The notes under the pieces: model-generated
Told to the model about the DNA's origin: nothing
Databases searched by the model: none
Seen by the model: the letters and a program-made list of their open reading frames with translations, nothing else
Shown here: positions 29,030-39,100 of the stretch, piece after piece
How positions within the stretch are numbered: the first letter of the stretch is position 1
Layout of the letters: each line of letters starts with the position of its first letter
Translations under genes and position numbers: made by a program
DNA from: an uncultured Gammaproteobacteria bacterium
Lineage (GTDB): Bacteria > Patescibacteriota > Microgenomatia > CAZETR01 > Amesbacteraceae
Length of the DNA: 64,000 nucleotides
Reading direction: 5' to 3'
Assembly (NCBI GenBank): GCA_964518565.1
Contig: CAZFGX010000001.1
Location: 524,470 to 588,469, forward strand

Positions 29030-29260
29030 TTATACTCCAGTAACAAATGGCAAGATTGCCAAATGTCGTGCACGTTTGATTGCCCGAGCCAAATGTCGTT
29101 GACCTTTTGCTGAAACGCCTGTTTTATCTCGATGCAAAATTCTTCCTCGATCACTGACAAATTTGGACAAGGTTGCCAAATCCATATAGTGCACTGCCTC
29201 TGCTTCCAAAGACAATTCTTTATTAAAAGCGACTTTAATTTTTCGTTTGCGTTGCATCAT
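29030..29260 (-). CDS. rpsR: 30S ribosomal protein S18
   Basis: '[48 protein letters not shown]'. Confidence 0.85.
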   Translation of the reverse strand: MMQRKRKIKVAFNKELSLEAEAVHYMDLATLSKFVSDRGRILHRDKTGVSAKGQRHLARAIKRARHLAILPFVTGV

Positions 29261-29264
29261 AAAA

Positions 29265-29699
29265 TTAGAAAGGAATATCTTCTGCTACATCACTAGTAAC
29301 TTGCGCTGGTTGTTCGGTCTGTTCTTGAGTTTCTGGCTGTGCAGCCCCTTCTTCACCTTGTCGGCGAGAATCCAGTACCAACATATCTTCAATAACGATT
29401 TCAGTTGCTACTCGTTGACTACCATCTTGACCAGTCCACTGTCGTGTTTGCAATCGACCCTCTACATACACTCTACGACCCTTGAACAAGAGCTGTGAAC
29501 ACAACTCAGCCAATTTGTTCCAAGCCACAATTCGATGAAATTCAGTTTCTTCCTTTTTATCTCCTTGATCTGTCACCCAACCACGGTTAGTCGCAATCCC
29601 AAACGTACATACAGCTGTCCCTTGGGGGGTATAACGCATCTCAGGATCTCGGGTCAAATTCCCGATAAGCATAACTTTATTTAGCGATCTCGTAGCCAT
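29265..29699 (-). CDS. ssb: single-stranded DNA-binding protein
   Basis: '[33 protein letters not shown]' and the acidic tail 'DIPF'. Confidence 0.85.
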   Translation of the reverse strand: MATRSLNKVMLIGNLTRDPEMRYTPQGTAVCTFGIATNRGWVTDQGDKKEETEFHRIVAWNKLAELCSQLLFKGRRVYVEGRLQTRQWTGQDGSQRVATEIVIEDMLVLDSRRQGEEGAAQPETQEQTEQPAQVTSDVAEDIPF

Positions 29700-29704
29700 A
29701 AAAA

Positions 29705-29989
29705 TTATTCAGCCTTTACCAGCAAGAATCTCATAATATCTTTTTCGGTTGTCAGCTTCTTGTCCAATTGTACCATCACGTCATTTGGCAGTTCAAGCAC
29801 CCACTGTAAATAATTAGCCTCATGAAGGTTTTGAATTGGGTAGGCCAATTGCTTGAGTCCCAGCTCAGACAATTTGACGGCCTTACCCTTAAAAGCCGTA
29901 ACGATCTTTTCGATTTTTTTGACAAACGTCTCTCGAGCCTCACCTTTGATATCGGCTTTCACTAAGACGGTAAGTTCATATTTATTCAT
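29705..29989 (-). CDS. rpsF: 30S ribosomal protein S6
   Basis: 'MNKYELTVLV' N-terminus. Sits in the rpsF-ssb-rpsR operon order. Confidence 0.85.
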   Translation of the reverse strand: MNKYELTVLVKADIKGEARETFVKKIEKIVTAFKGKAVKLSELGLKQLAYPIQNLHEANYLQWVLELPNDVMVQLDKKLTTEKDIMRFLLVKAE

Positions 29990-30006
29990 AACAAGTTGCG
30001 ATTATA

Positions 30007-31032
30007 CTAGACACCCACCTTGAACTCAACCACATCTCCTTCAGCCATCGTATAGTCTCGGCCTTCCATTCGTACCAAACCTGCTTCACGCGCTTTCACC
30101 CAGCCTCCGATACGTACAAAATCTGCAAACCCGACACAATCCGCCTTAATAAAATGTTTTTCGAAATCATTATGGATTACTCCCGCAGCCTGGGGTGCCT
30201 TGGTGCCCTTTCTAATTGTCCAGGCACGTACTTCTTTCTCCCCAGCCGTCAAGAATGTCTGCAAACCTAACACTTCAAATGCAGCACGCACTAGACGCGC
30301 CAAACCCGGCTCAGTCAAACCCAAACTAGCCAAATAGTCTTGTTGCTCAGCTTCAGACAAACCCGCCAAATCAGACTCGATTTGGGCAGAAATCACCACC
30401 CCATCTGCTCGAGTCTCTACGGCTCGAGACTCATCTACGTTATAGACCTTGATCACTGGTTTCATACTCAAAAGACCCATCTGCAATACCAATAATTGCT
30501 CCTCATCTGAAAACTGCATGTCTCGCACCGGCATACCAGCTTGCAATTGAACCAGCATCCGACTAGCCAGTTCAGATCGGACCTTATCCTTTTTTTGCTC
30601 ACGAATTTGCTCCAGCGTCTGCATATCTGCCATCAATAGTTCCATTTGAATGACTTCAAAATCCGACTGAGGATTTTCAGATCCAGCCCGAATCACATTT
30701 TCATCCTCAAAATCCCGCAACACCTGTACGATCGCGTCTGTTTCTCGAATATGCGCCAAAAATTTGTTTCCCAATCCTTCACCTGTACTTGCCCCTTTCA
30801 CTAGGCCTGCAATATCTACAAATGTCACCGTCGCCTCTACGATCTTTTGGCTCTGAACTACCTCAGCCAACTGTTTCAACCTACTATCTGGCACCGGCAC
30901 TACACCAGTATTCGGCTCTATGGTAGCAAAGGGGTAATTGGCCGCCAACGCCGCCTGCTTTTTCAGCATGGCATTAAACAAAGTAGACTTGCCAACATTC
31001 GGCAACCCAACAATCCCGACACTTAAGCTCAT
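30007..31032 (-). CDS. ychF: ribosome-binding ATPase YchF
   Basis: 'GIVGLPNVGKSTLFNA' and 'TFVDIAGLVKGAS', with a TGS domain C-terminus. The start is taken at the internal Met (MSLSVG). Confidence 0.9.
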   Translation of the reverse strand: MSLSVGIVGLPNVGKSTLFNAMLKKQAALAANYPFATIEPNTGVVPVPDSRLKQLAEVVQSQKIVEATVTFVDIAGLVKGASTGEGLGNKFLAHIRETDAIVQVLRDFEDENVIRAGSENPQSDFEVIQMELLMADMQTLEQIREQKKDKVRSELASRMLVQLQAGMPVRDMQFSDEEQLLVLQMGLLSMKPVIKVYNVDESRAVETRADGVVISAQIESDLAGLSEAEQQDYLASLGLTEPGLARLVRAAFEVLGLQTFLTAGEKEVRAWTIRKGTKAPQAAGVIHNDFEKHFIKADCVGFADFVRIGGWVKAREAGLVRMEGRDYTMAEGDVVEFKVGV

Positions 31033-31049
31033 ATCTGTGTATTTTACAT

Positions 31050-31598
31050 CTACTGGTGAATTCCGCACTCAACTGTTTGGAACATATGTCTTTCTTTCCA
31101 CATATACGCCGTGTCATCTCCTACCTTATTTGGCAAAGTTTTAACCACACTAAAAATTTTGTCATAATTACTCACTAGATCACGAATTGTGAGTACATCA
31201 AATGAAAACCATTTTTTATATTGTGAATTTTTGGAAAGATTTAACCCAGAGGTATATTCGAGTTTTCCATTTTTTTGACAATCAATTCCTACACTCAGAT
31301 TCCCAATACGCATAATTCTGGGAATCCTATCTTCACCATAAAAAAACATAACCTCACCCTTATCTTTAATATCCAGTTCGACTATCGAATCCCCTTCCCA
31401 CAGTTTAAAACCATGAACAGTCACATCTGACAAATCAGCGATATCCTCATAAAAATATTTTTCAATTCGCGCTTCCTTTTTGTGATCAAAATAAGAAGAA
31501 AACAGAATCCAAGCGCCAATATATATACACAAACCTAAAAAACAAATCCCCAACAAGAATAAAATGACTTTAAAAAATTTATTAAACAATAAAATCAT
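31050..31598 (-). CDS. membrane-anchored hypothetical protein
   Basis: N-terminal TM and a hydrophilic C-terminus with no motif. Confidence 0.35.
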   Translation of the reverse strand: MILLFNKFFKVILFLLGICFLGLCIYIGAWILFSSYFDHKKEARIEKYFYEDIADLSDVTVHGFKLWEGDSIVELDIKDKGEVMFFYGEDRIPRIMRIGNLSVGIDCQKNGKLEYTSGLNLSKNSQYKKWFSFDVLTIRDLVSNYDKIFSVVKTLPNKVGDDTAYMWKERHMFQTVECGIHQ

Positions 31599-31743
31599 TA
31601 TACGGAATCATACAAAATATGTCCTATAGTTTTTGACAATTTAGTTTAGATCAGATAAAATTAGCCAAATTTAGGTTCAAGCCCACTACGAGGCAAAACA
31701 ACCTAAATTAGCACATTTATAGTCTGCGAAATTGGAGGTACAT

Positions 31744-32028
31744 ATGATAACAGCAGTAGAAGCGACCCAGTTTGTCCGACGTTTTGTTGATTGGGCAAAA
31801 ATAGATAAGAACCCAAAAGAAGGCTGCAATAAGAAAGAATTTATCTATTGGAATTGTTGCGATTTTCACCGACAACTCAATACACAAATCAATGCCTTCC
31901 ACAACGAAGCTACAAAATTTGAAATCCAGTCAGAAGGTCAAGTGTTCAGCGTTCAGTGGTTTCTAGATTTCTGTACAAAATATGGCATTACTATGCCGGA
32001 AGACCGTCCAGAATACATGAAACCCTAA
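31744..32028 (+). CDS. hypothetical protein
   Basis: GGAGGT Shine-Dalgarno then ATG at 31744. Cys-rich ('CNKKEFIYWNCCDFH'). Confidence 0.35.
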   Translation: MITAVEATQFVRRFVDWAKIDKNPKEGCNKKEFIYWNCCDFHRQLNTQINAFHNEATKFEIQSEGQVFSVQWFLDFCTKYGITMPEDRPEYMKP

Positions 32029-32053
32029 TCAACCTCGACATCTAAGGAGAAAA

Positions 32054-32347
32054 ATGGCAAACGAAACAATTGAAGGAATAAAACTAATCCTTCACACTGG
32101 CGGCACAAACATTCCTGACGACCCGTCATTCCCATACAAACTGTACGCAAATCTTCGTCCACCAGAGTTGATGGACTTCACATTTATCGTGCTTTACGGC
32201 GGAAGCGAAGAAGTAATTGTCCGAGGAATGACAGTCGAAGCGATTGAGGCGTTCATTACCCAAAATCAACTCGAAACACATCCTCGTCTTCGCCGTCTAA
32301 TTATTACTGGACCAGAAGATAAAGAAATTCGTCGAACTGAAAAGTAA
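32054..32347 (+). CDS. hypothetical protein
   Basis: AAGGAG Shine-Dalgarno. 97 aa with no motif. Confidence 0.35.
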   Translation: MANETIEGIKLILHTGGTNIPDDPSFPYKLYANLRPPELMDFTFIVLYGGSEEVIVRGMTVEAIEAFITQNQLETHPRLRRLIITGPEDKEIRRTEK

Positions 32348-32365
32348 TCCAATTCCAGACACCTA

Positions 32366-32402
32366 CATTGTGGAGAGTATTCTCTCCACAATGTATTTTT
32401 TT
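32366..32402 (+). terminator. rho-independent terminator
   Basis: 12-bp stem CATTGTGGAGAG/CTCTCCACAATG with loop TATT, then a T-run. Confidence 0.8.
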
Positions 32403-32503
32403 GTATTAACTATTAATTAACCGAAATCTCTATCACCACGCGGCAGTTACTAGAACTTCTTGCTATATCTATACCTAAATCAGATTTGTTATGCTAGGCA
32501 TAG

Positions 32504-33037
32504 ATGAAAAAACATCTACTAATTTTAGCGCTAGGGTTTATTACAGCTTTAATACTCAATCGCACTGGGTTGCTGAATGAAATAGTTTTGAACACGAATC
32601 TCCACCCCATCGCCCGAAGTATATTCAGTGGATTTCTTTTTTCTTCCACATTCACAGCCAGCACAGGAGCATTTTTACTCGCAAAATTTTCTCAAAACCA
32701 GTCAGCATCTTTTATTGCCCTTACCGCAGGAGCAGGTGGAATGCTTTGCGATTTGCTGATATTTCATATTATAAAGAGCAAACAAAAAACACTACATCGT
32801 CAAGCAAAAAATCTAAACCATTTTTCGATTTTAAAAAAATTGGTTCATTTCAAAAAATTGTCTTGGACATTACCAATTGTTGGCGCTTGTATTATTGCTT
32901 CACCGCTCCCCGATGAAGTCGGCGTAGGTCTTATTGGTATAACCCGTATCTCATATAGTAAATTTTTGCTTCTATCATATATAGTAAATGTCGCTGGAAT
33001 GTTTTTATTCGTCAAAACAGCACTCATAGTCAGCTAA
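32504..33037 (+). CDS. membrane protein, unknown function
   Basis: 177 aa with 4-5 TM segments. Confidence 0.4.
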   Translation: MKKHLLILALGFITALILNRTGLLNEIVLNTNLHPIARSIFSGFLFSSTFTASTGAFLLAKFSQNQSASFIALTAGAGGMLCDLLIFHIIKSKQKTLHRQAKNLNHFSILKKLVHFKKLSWTLPIVGACIIASPLPDEVGVGLIGITRISYSKFLLLSYIVNVAGMFLFVKTALIVS

Positions 33038-33040
33038 ATC

Positions 33041-33463
33041 ATGTCCCACGATCGGGCTTCGGCCATTATTATCAAAAATCACCAAATTTTGGTCATCTTT
33101 CGCAAAAGTGAAGGCGAACAATTTTATTCTTTTCCTGGCGGGACTATTGAACCGGACGAAACACCAGAAAATGCTGTAGAACGCGAAGTAAAAGAAGAAA
33201 CCAGTTTAGATGTCACTAGATCTGACTATCTTTTCTCTGTCCAAGAACCTGTGCGTGAAGGTGGGCAAAGAAAAAATTATTTTTACGACTGTGATATTTC
33301 ATATGGTACACCAACACTAGCTGGACCAGAAAAAGCCAAGCATTCAGACACAAATTATTACGAACCCATGTGGATTAGTCTCGAAACACTACACAAAAGC
33401 GAATGGGGCACTGCAGACGAAGCCAGAAAATACATCGAAAACTACCTAGCCAGCAGAAAATAA
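33041..33463 (+). CDS. NUDIX hydrolase
   Basis: Nudix box 'GGTIEPDETPENAVEREVKEETSL'. Confidence 0.75.
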   Translation: MSHDRASAIIIKNHQILVIFRKSEGEQFYSFPGGTIEPDETPENAVEREVKEETSLDVTRSDYLFSVQEPVREGGQRKNYFYDCDISYGTPTLAGPEKAKHSDTNYYEPMWISLETLHKSEWGTADEARKYIENYLASRK

Positions 33464-34726
33464 CACCATATTCTGCAACCACCACACAACAATTCCAGCG
33501 ATATATCCAATCACGGCTGGCAATGTCGCAATCTTCAAATACTTTCCAAAGGTTAGTTCTTTTACCATGCCCATCGCCACCACACCTGATACACTTCCAA
33601 TAATCAAAAAGGATCCACCTGTACCCACACACAACGCCAAAAGTGTCCAAATTCTCGGGTCAGTAGAATGTATCAAATTCATAGCCAATGCCGTAAGTGG
33701 CACGTTATCTAGTACCGCCGAAAATCCGCCCAAAAAGATGTTTCCCATCGCCATTCGAGCAAACGATGGTGCAGACCCATACAAAACAGTAGACAAAATT
33801 TCTAATGCGCCCAACGTCTTTAATGCAGCCACAGACAAAAGTATCCCAATAAAAAACTGCAATGAAGCCAAATCAGATTTTTTCAGTAGCTCATCCATGT
33901 CTATTTCTAGATGAGATCGCACATCTGTTTTTCGTTTTACCAACTCGATCAAAATCCACACAATTCCCAAGCCAATTAGCCGTCCCATATACGGTGGCAA
34001 GTTCAAAAAATTTAGCCCCAACGGCAAAACAAAACTTACCAAACACATTACCACAATCGCCCATTCACCTGTCGACAATGCTGTCGGCTCTGAATCAGTC
34101 TTTGGTTCTTCATTCGCAGTAATTTTCCACGCCATCAATAGTCCAGTCACACCTGCTAGAACCACTGCTGGTAAAAATGTCTGCGACAAGATCTCTGCAA
34201 CAGAAAACTTTTGTCCTAGCCACAAAATCAATGTCGTCACATCCCCTATTGGCGACCACGCACCACCGGCGTTAGACATAATAATTATTCCAGCAACGAC
34301 ACGCAACAAATTTTTCGGTCCAAAAAATTGACGAGCAATCTGAATCATGACAATGGTCACAGTCAAATTATCCAATGCCGAAGACAACAAAAACGTCATC
34401 GCACAAATAAAGCCAAACTGCGCCCTATCTTTCAATCCAATTTTCGATATCCATGCGCGTACCACATCAAAAAATCGGTAATGGATCAAAATTTCTACCA
34501 GAGTCATCGCCGAAAGCAAAAACACCACAATTCCAAAAATGTCATTTCCAGAATGAATTAGTTCCTGTTCCAAAACATGTGCCGGCAATCCCGAAATTGC
34601 CACCAGTATCCACATGACTCCAGCCAAAGACATAAACACTGCAGATTTATGGATTTGCAGCTTATGTTCAAAAATTACTGCAATATAAGCTACGACAAAT
34701 AGTAATAACCCAATGATTGCAAACAT
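33446..34726 (-). CDS. ion transporter of the ArsB/NhaD (IT) superfamily
   Basis: 426 aa with ~12 TM segments and a duplicated-half architecture typical of NhaD/citrate-transporter-like permeases. Confidence 0.6.
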   Translation of the reverse strand: MFAIIGLLLFVVAYIAVIFEHKLQIHKSAVFMSLAGVMWILVAISGLPAHVLEQELIHSGNDIFGIVVFLLSAMTLVEILIHYRFFDVVRAWISKIGLKDRAQFGFICAMTFLLSSALDNLTVTIVMIQIARQFFGPKNLLRVVAGIIIMSNAGGAWSPIGDVTTLILWLGQKFSVAEILSQTFLPAVVLAGVTGLLMAWKITANEEPKTDSEPTALSTGEWAIVVMCLVSFVLPLGLNFLNLPPYMGRLIGLGIVWILIELVKRKTDVRSHLEIDMDELLKKSDLASLQFFIGILLSVAALKTLGALEILSTVLYGSAPSFARMAMGNIFLGGFSAVLDNVPLTALAMNLIHSTDPRIWTLLALCVGTGGSFLIIGSVSGVVAMGMVKELTFGKYLKIATLPAVIGYIAGIVVWWLQNMVLFSAG

Positions 34727-34940
34727 CGTATATACTAAGTATACATGGTTACTCCCAACGGTCGGGAAATACCTATTGGCAAATTTGCAGCCCTTGCCAT
34801 GATTCTTCTTCTCTCATTAGCAGTCGCAATGCGAGTCACTTCTACACCTCCTCAAGTAGCAGGTAGTTCAACCGAAAATTTGCCTTAAGGCCTATAATAA
34901 TACTTTGAGTGTCGTTCCTTAAAATTCTTTATCAGGTGAG

Positions 34941-35318
34941 GTGGGTATGTATCCCAAAATTGTCTCGTATCCAGGAATAACTTCAGACAAAAACGGAAAA
35001 GTTGCATATGAAATTATCGACCAAAAAGTTTATTTTGCTGGCATTACCCCGACAGACATCTGCTCCTCGACTATTCAAGCCAGTGAAAATGTGATTACAG
35101 CAATTGCTCAAGCCGAAAATCTCGATTGGCAAGACATGCAATGGTTCGATATCCAAAGTGAAATGACGTATGTAGACCGCCTCGACGAACCGCTCGTCGT
35201 GTATCAAATCGGCATCTATCCGACAGATACTGGTGGTATTACCACACGTCTCAATCGTGTAATGCAAGAATTCGAAATTCCTTCTCAGATCTGGACAGAT
35301 TTTACTGGACTGATCTAA
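34941..35318 (+). CDS. hypothetical protein
   Basis: 125 aa with no motif. Confidence 0.35.
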   Translation: MGMYPKIVSYPGITSDKNGKVAYEIIDQKVYFAGITPTDICSSTIQASENVITAIAQAENLDWQDMQWFDIQSEMTYVDRLDEPLVVYQIGIYPTDTGGITTRLNRVMQEFEIPSQIWTDFTGLI

Positions 35319-35395
35319 AAAATATGGGTGGTGGTCCAAAAACCGCCACCCATATCAAATTTTTTGACCTTTCTCGCTGTCATCGAATTTACAAA

Positions 35396-35427
35396 TTAAA
35401 AAAGGCGCCCCTGCCAGAGCGCCTTTT
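35396..35427. terminator. bidirectional rho-independent terminator
   Basis: A-run, then stem GGCGC/GCGCC with a 10-nt loop, then T-run. It lies between convergent genes. Confidence 0.6.
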
Positions 35428-35450
35428 CAACAAACTTGTAAAAAGGATTT

Positions 35451-35957
35451 TTACATCCCTCCTCCTCCATGTCCCCAACCCCTGCCCATCATCGGACCTG
35501 GTAATACATAAGAAGAGTCTATTCCTTTGGATTTTGCCCATTCTACAGTCTCCTCATGCATTGCCTTCTTGTCCATTGTCGATCCTGGCTTATATTTCTC
35601 TCTCAGACTTGCCAATTCAGCCAAAATTTGCGTTTCTTGATCTGCAGTGATTTTCCCCGCAGAAACCAGAGCATCTAGTCGCTCCTTATCCTTATCCGCC
35701 ATTTGCTGAGGAGTTAGCGTTGGTCTAGGTGTCATAGATCCGCGTTGCTGGGTATGAAACTCAGTCATTGCGTTTTGTACCTGAGTTTTGTCCAAACCAA
35801 ACTTTTGGGACATAAATTGCACTAGATTTTGGAAAAAACCCGCATGAGTAGCATTGTCTTCTGCTGCATATACAGATGAAGTGGTCGCCACGCCTGAGCC
35901 AAGTGCTAAAAGCACAGCACCAGTTAAGACAACTTTTTTAATAGTCATACTGCTCAC
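35451..35957 (-). CDS. secreted hypothetical protein
   Basis: Signal peptide 'VVLTGAVLLALGSGVATTSSVYA' and a C-terminal Gly-rich tail. Confidence 0.4.
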   Translation of the reverse strand: MSSMTIKKVVLTGAVLLALGSGVATTSSVYAAEDNATHAGFFQNLVQFMSQKFGLDKTQVQNAMTEFHTQQRGSMTPRPTLTPQQMADKDKERLDALVSAGKITADQETQILAELASLREKYKPGSTMDKKAMHEETVEWAKSKGIDSSYVLPGPMMGRGWGHGGGGM

Positions 35958-36043
35958 CTCCTTTCATATAGCCCAAATATAATCCCTCTACCTGACATCC
36001 ACCTGAAACCAAAATTCTGATCAACATTTGCTAAACTAAATAC

Positions 36044-36430
36044 ATGACCTACAATCCACTGACGACTGAAGAAAAACATGTCATACAAGACAAGGGTACC
36101 GAAGCGCCGTTTTCCGGCGAATACGACGATTTTTTTGTCGATGGTACATTTATTTGTCGCAGATGTAACACGCCACTGTTTTCCTCAAAAGCCAAATTCG
36201 ATGCTGGCTGTGGATGGCCAGCATTTGATGACACCTATCCAAACGCAGTAAAACAACTTACCGATCCAGATGGGCATCGAACAGAGATCCAATGCAATCA
36301 TTGCAATGCACATCTTGGACATGTCTTTACTGGCGAGAAACTTACAGATAAAGATACCCGCCACTGTGTCAATTCCCTTTCAATACGTTTTATACCTGCG
36401 GACAAATCACTCCCTCCAGTGCTAAACTAA
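36044..36430 (+). CDS. msrB: peptide-methionine (R)-S-oxide reductase
   Basis: Zn-ribbon CxxC pairs 'CRRCNTPL...CNHCNAHLGHVF' and 'GWPAF'. Confidence 0.85.
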   Translation: MTYNPLTTEEKHVIQDKGTEAPFSGEYDDFFVDGTFICRRCNTPLFSSKAKFDAGCGWPAFDDTYPNAVKQLTDPDGHRTEIQCNHCNAHLGHVFTGEKLTDKDTRHCVNSLSIRFIPADKSLPPVLN

Positions 36431-36434
36431 GCCA

Positions 36435-36773
36435 ATGAAAACCCTGATTCACATTTTCGTAACGGCCATTGCAATACTTATAACTACGCAAATTATTCCC
36501 GGATTTCACATTACCAATTTCATTACTGCCATCCTCGCTGCTCTGGTATTAGGCCTCCTCAATATGTTTGTTAAGCCAATATTATCTTTACTCACGCTTC
36601 CCATAAATATTCTTACATTGGGCTTATTCAAATTTATTCTCAACGCATTTATCCTCACTCTATCGGCAAAAATCGTCTCCGGATTTACTATAGATGGATT
36701 CATTCCCGCCCTTATTGGCAGCATACTCGTCACTTTCATCTCTTCACTCTTATCTTCAATTCTCAAAGACTAA
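36435..36773 (+). CDS. DUF360/Phage_holin_4_2-family small membrane protein
   Basis: 'PGFHITNFITAILAALVLGLLNMFVKPILSLLTLPINILTLGLF' matches the conserved pattern of that family. Confidence 0.55.
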   Translation: MKTLIHIFVTAIAILITTQIIPGFHITNFITAILAALVLGLLNMFVKPILSLLTLPINILTLGLFKFILNAFILTLSAKIVSGFTIDGFIPALIGSILVTFISSLLSSILKD

Positions 36774-36774
36774 C

Positions 36775-37623
36775 CTAATCTTTTTTCCATCGAGATACCG
36801 GTGTATCCACCCGACCAATTCGTTGTCCCAACCACAACACCATCCAAAGCAACCAGTAATTTACTTTTCCATGATAATGCTCTGATCCTTTTTTCAAAAA
36901 ATCAAATGCCTTCTTCTCACCCATTTGTTTACTGGCCATACCATGGTAATGTGTAAACTCAGCCGTGGGGCAATAATAAACCGATATTCCCAAACGTTTC
37001 AATCTGCGACAATATTCAATGTCTTCAAAATACAAGAATGTCTTCTCATCAAATAATCCTACTTTTTGTATCAATGAGCGAGACATGAGCCAACAAGCAG
37101 CAACAGCCCCTTCTACACGCACTGGCTCTGATCCTTGCGGTGCAAACATAAAATATCTTCCCTTTTGCCCCAAAAAATATTCAGCAATTGCCCCACCCAC
37201 TGTTGGTAAATAAAAACAGCTATCCTGAACTGTTTGATCTGGAAACCACAGCTTTCCCGCCAATAATGCATCTGGATATTTTTTTGCCAGTCGTAAAAAC
37301 TCAGGGATTGCTCCAGATCTGACCTCAATATCGGAATTTAACACCAATACATATTCACCTCGAGCAGATGCAATAGCCCGATTGTATCCGGCCGAAAAAC
37401 CAGTGTTCACTTCATTTTGTAAAAACGTCACCTTCGGAAATTTTTTCTTTATCATTTCCCCAACTCCATCATCAGATCCATTATCCAAAATAATCACCTC
37501 ACTTGGCTGATCATAAAAACCCGACTCTCGGTCAAAAATACTTTTAAGCAAGCCTTCCACAAACCCCTTCGTTTTATAATTCACTGCCACGATCGACAAT
37601 ACAATATCTGGCAATTTACTCAT
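36775..37623 (-). CDS. family-2 glycosyltransferase
   Basis: 'VAVNYKTK' and 'IILDNGSDDG' (DxD context) indicate a GT-A fold. Confidence 0.75.
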   Translation of the reverse strand: MSKLPDIVLSIVAVNYKTKGFVEGLLKSIFDRESGFYDQPSEVIILDNGSDDGVGEMIKKKFPKVTFLQNEVNTGFSAGYNRAIASARGEYVLVLNSDIEVRSGAIPEFLRLAKKYPDALLAGKLWFPDQTVQDSCFYLPTVGGAIAEYFLGQKGRYFMFAPQGSEPVRVEGAVAACWLMSRSLIQKVGLFDEKTFLYFEDIEYCRRLKRLGISVYYCPTAEFTHYHGMASKQMGEKKAFDFLKKGSEHYHGKVNYWLLWMVLWLGQRIGRVDTPVSRWKKD

Positions 37624-38686
37624 TGATATACACTCCTAATTTTTTAGCTACCTGATACATTGAGTCGTTTTGCGACACTCGCTTCAAAACGCCAGTTGCT
37701 TCTGAAATAGGAACCGTTTCAATCATTCCAGATCGCAAGCGCACCATTGTAGAAAATTTCCCCGCCACAAATGCCTCAAAAGCACCAATTCCATAACGCT
37801 TAGCCAATATTCGATCTTCAGCATTTGGATTACCTCCACGTTGAATATGGCCCAATACGACATTTCGCATTTCAAATTCATTTGGACAAGCTTGCTCAAT
37901 CAAATGCATGAGTGTTTCAGATGCATCATGAAGTTTCATTTCCTTTCCTAACACACGAGACTCTTGCTGCAAAATACCTTCAGCTACTACAACAATTGCA
38001 AACCCTCTCGTTGCCATCCTATCGCGCAAAAATTTAGTTATATTTTGAATATCCACACCAAATTCTGGCAAAAGTATCATGCTAGCATTCGCTGCCAATC
38101 CTGCATACAAAGATATCCACCCCGTATGTCGCCCCATACATTCCACCAAAAACACTCTACCGTGAGAAGTAGCAGTTGTATGGATCTTATCAATTGCGTC
38201 CACAGCAACATCCACAGCCGTACCAAACCCAAATGTCATATCAGTCGCTGATAAATCATTATCGATAGTTTTGGGTACACCAACCAGCTGCACACCTTTA
38301 TCAGCCAGCTGCAAAGCAGCCGACAATGTCCCATCTCCCCCAATAACAATCAAGCCCTCAAGACCCAGGTCGTGCACATTCGTCTTAGCCAGTTCCAATA
38401 TTTCATCGGGTATTAGATTTGCTTGACCGCTGCCTACTTTTCCTGAAAATCTCCCGTGGTTTGTAGTATGTAAAATAGTCCCCCCCAAGTGAGAAATGCC
38501 TCTGACATCCTCTAGTTGCAGATTTATAAATTCTTTATCCAGTAATCCTTCCCATCCTTTTTCAAATCCCAACAATTCATAACCATCTGCCAAGCCAGCT
38601 TTGACTATAGCTGCAATCACTGCGTTTAATCCGGCACAATCTCCTCCAGAATTTAATATGCCCAACTTTTTTATCATACATAGCAA
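37616..38686 (-). CDS. pfk: 6-phosphofructokinase
   Basis: 'GILNSGGDCAGLNAVI', 'IVIGGDGT' and 'VGVPKTIDNDL'. Confidence 0.85.
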   Translation of the reverse strand: MLCMIKKLGILNSGGDCAGLNAVIAAIVKAGLADGYELLGFEKGWEGLLDKEFINLQLEDVRGISHLGGTILHTTNHGRFSGKVGSGQANLIPDEILELAKTNVHDLGLEGLIVIGGDGTLSAALQLADKGVQLVGVPKTIDNDLSATDMTFGFGTAVDVAVDAIDKIHTTATSHGRVFLVECMGRHTGWISLYAGLAANASMILLPEFGVDIQNITKFLRDRMATRGFAIVVVAEGILQQESRVLGKEMKLHDASETLMHLIEQACPNEFEMRNVVLGHIQRGGNPNAEDRILAKRYGIGAFEAFVAGKFSTMVRLRSGMIETVPISEATGVLKRVSQNDSMYQVAKKLGVYINE

Positions 38687-38759
38687 ATATACTCTTTTAC
38701 TTTACAGATCTCCAGCTAAAGCGGTGAGTAAATTTACCCACCGCTATATTTAGAGTGTT

Positions 38760-38972
38760 TCACTCTTTTGAAGTGACTCGTTTTACTTTGTGTTCAGCGG
38801 CTTCTGTTGCATCAGACATTTGAGAAGTTGCCTTATCTTTCAAATCAGTCAATATACCCAAAAGCCGACCTCGACGTTTATCATCAGACAACAGCACTGC
38901 GACTAATCCTCCCAAAACCCCACCCATCACACCAGTTAATAACATACCGGAATTGTTGCGTGTATCAGTCAT
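38760..38972 (-). CDS. small YtxH-like membrane protein
   Basis: Gly-rich TM 'LLTGVMGGVLGGLVAVLL' followed by a charged tail. Confidence 0.4.
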   Translation of the reverse strand: MTDTRNNSGMLLTGVMGGVLGGLVAVLLSDDKRRGRLLGILTDLKDKATSQMSDATEAAEHKVKRVTSKE

Positions 38973-39100
38973 TTAGTTCACCCCCTTTCGATATATAATA
39001 TTTCATATGTCCAAATCATAACTACGCAAAATAAAAATAAACCAAACCCTCTGTAATAATCATGTAAATTACATATTGACGTCCGTGGTACAGTAAAAAT

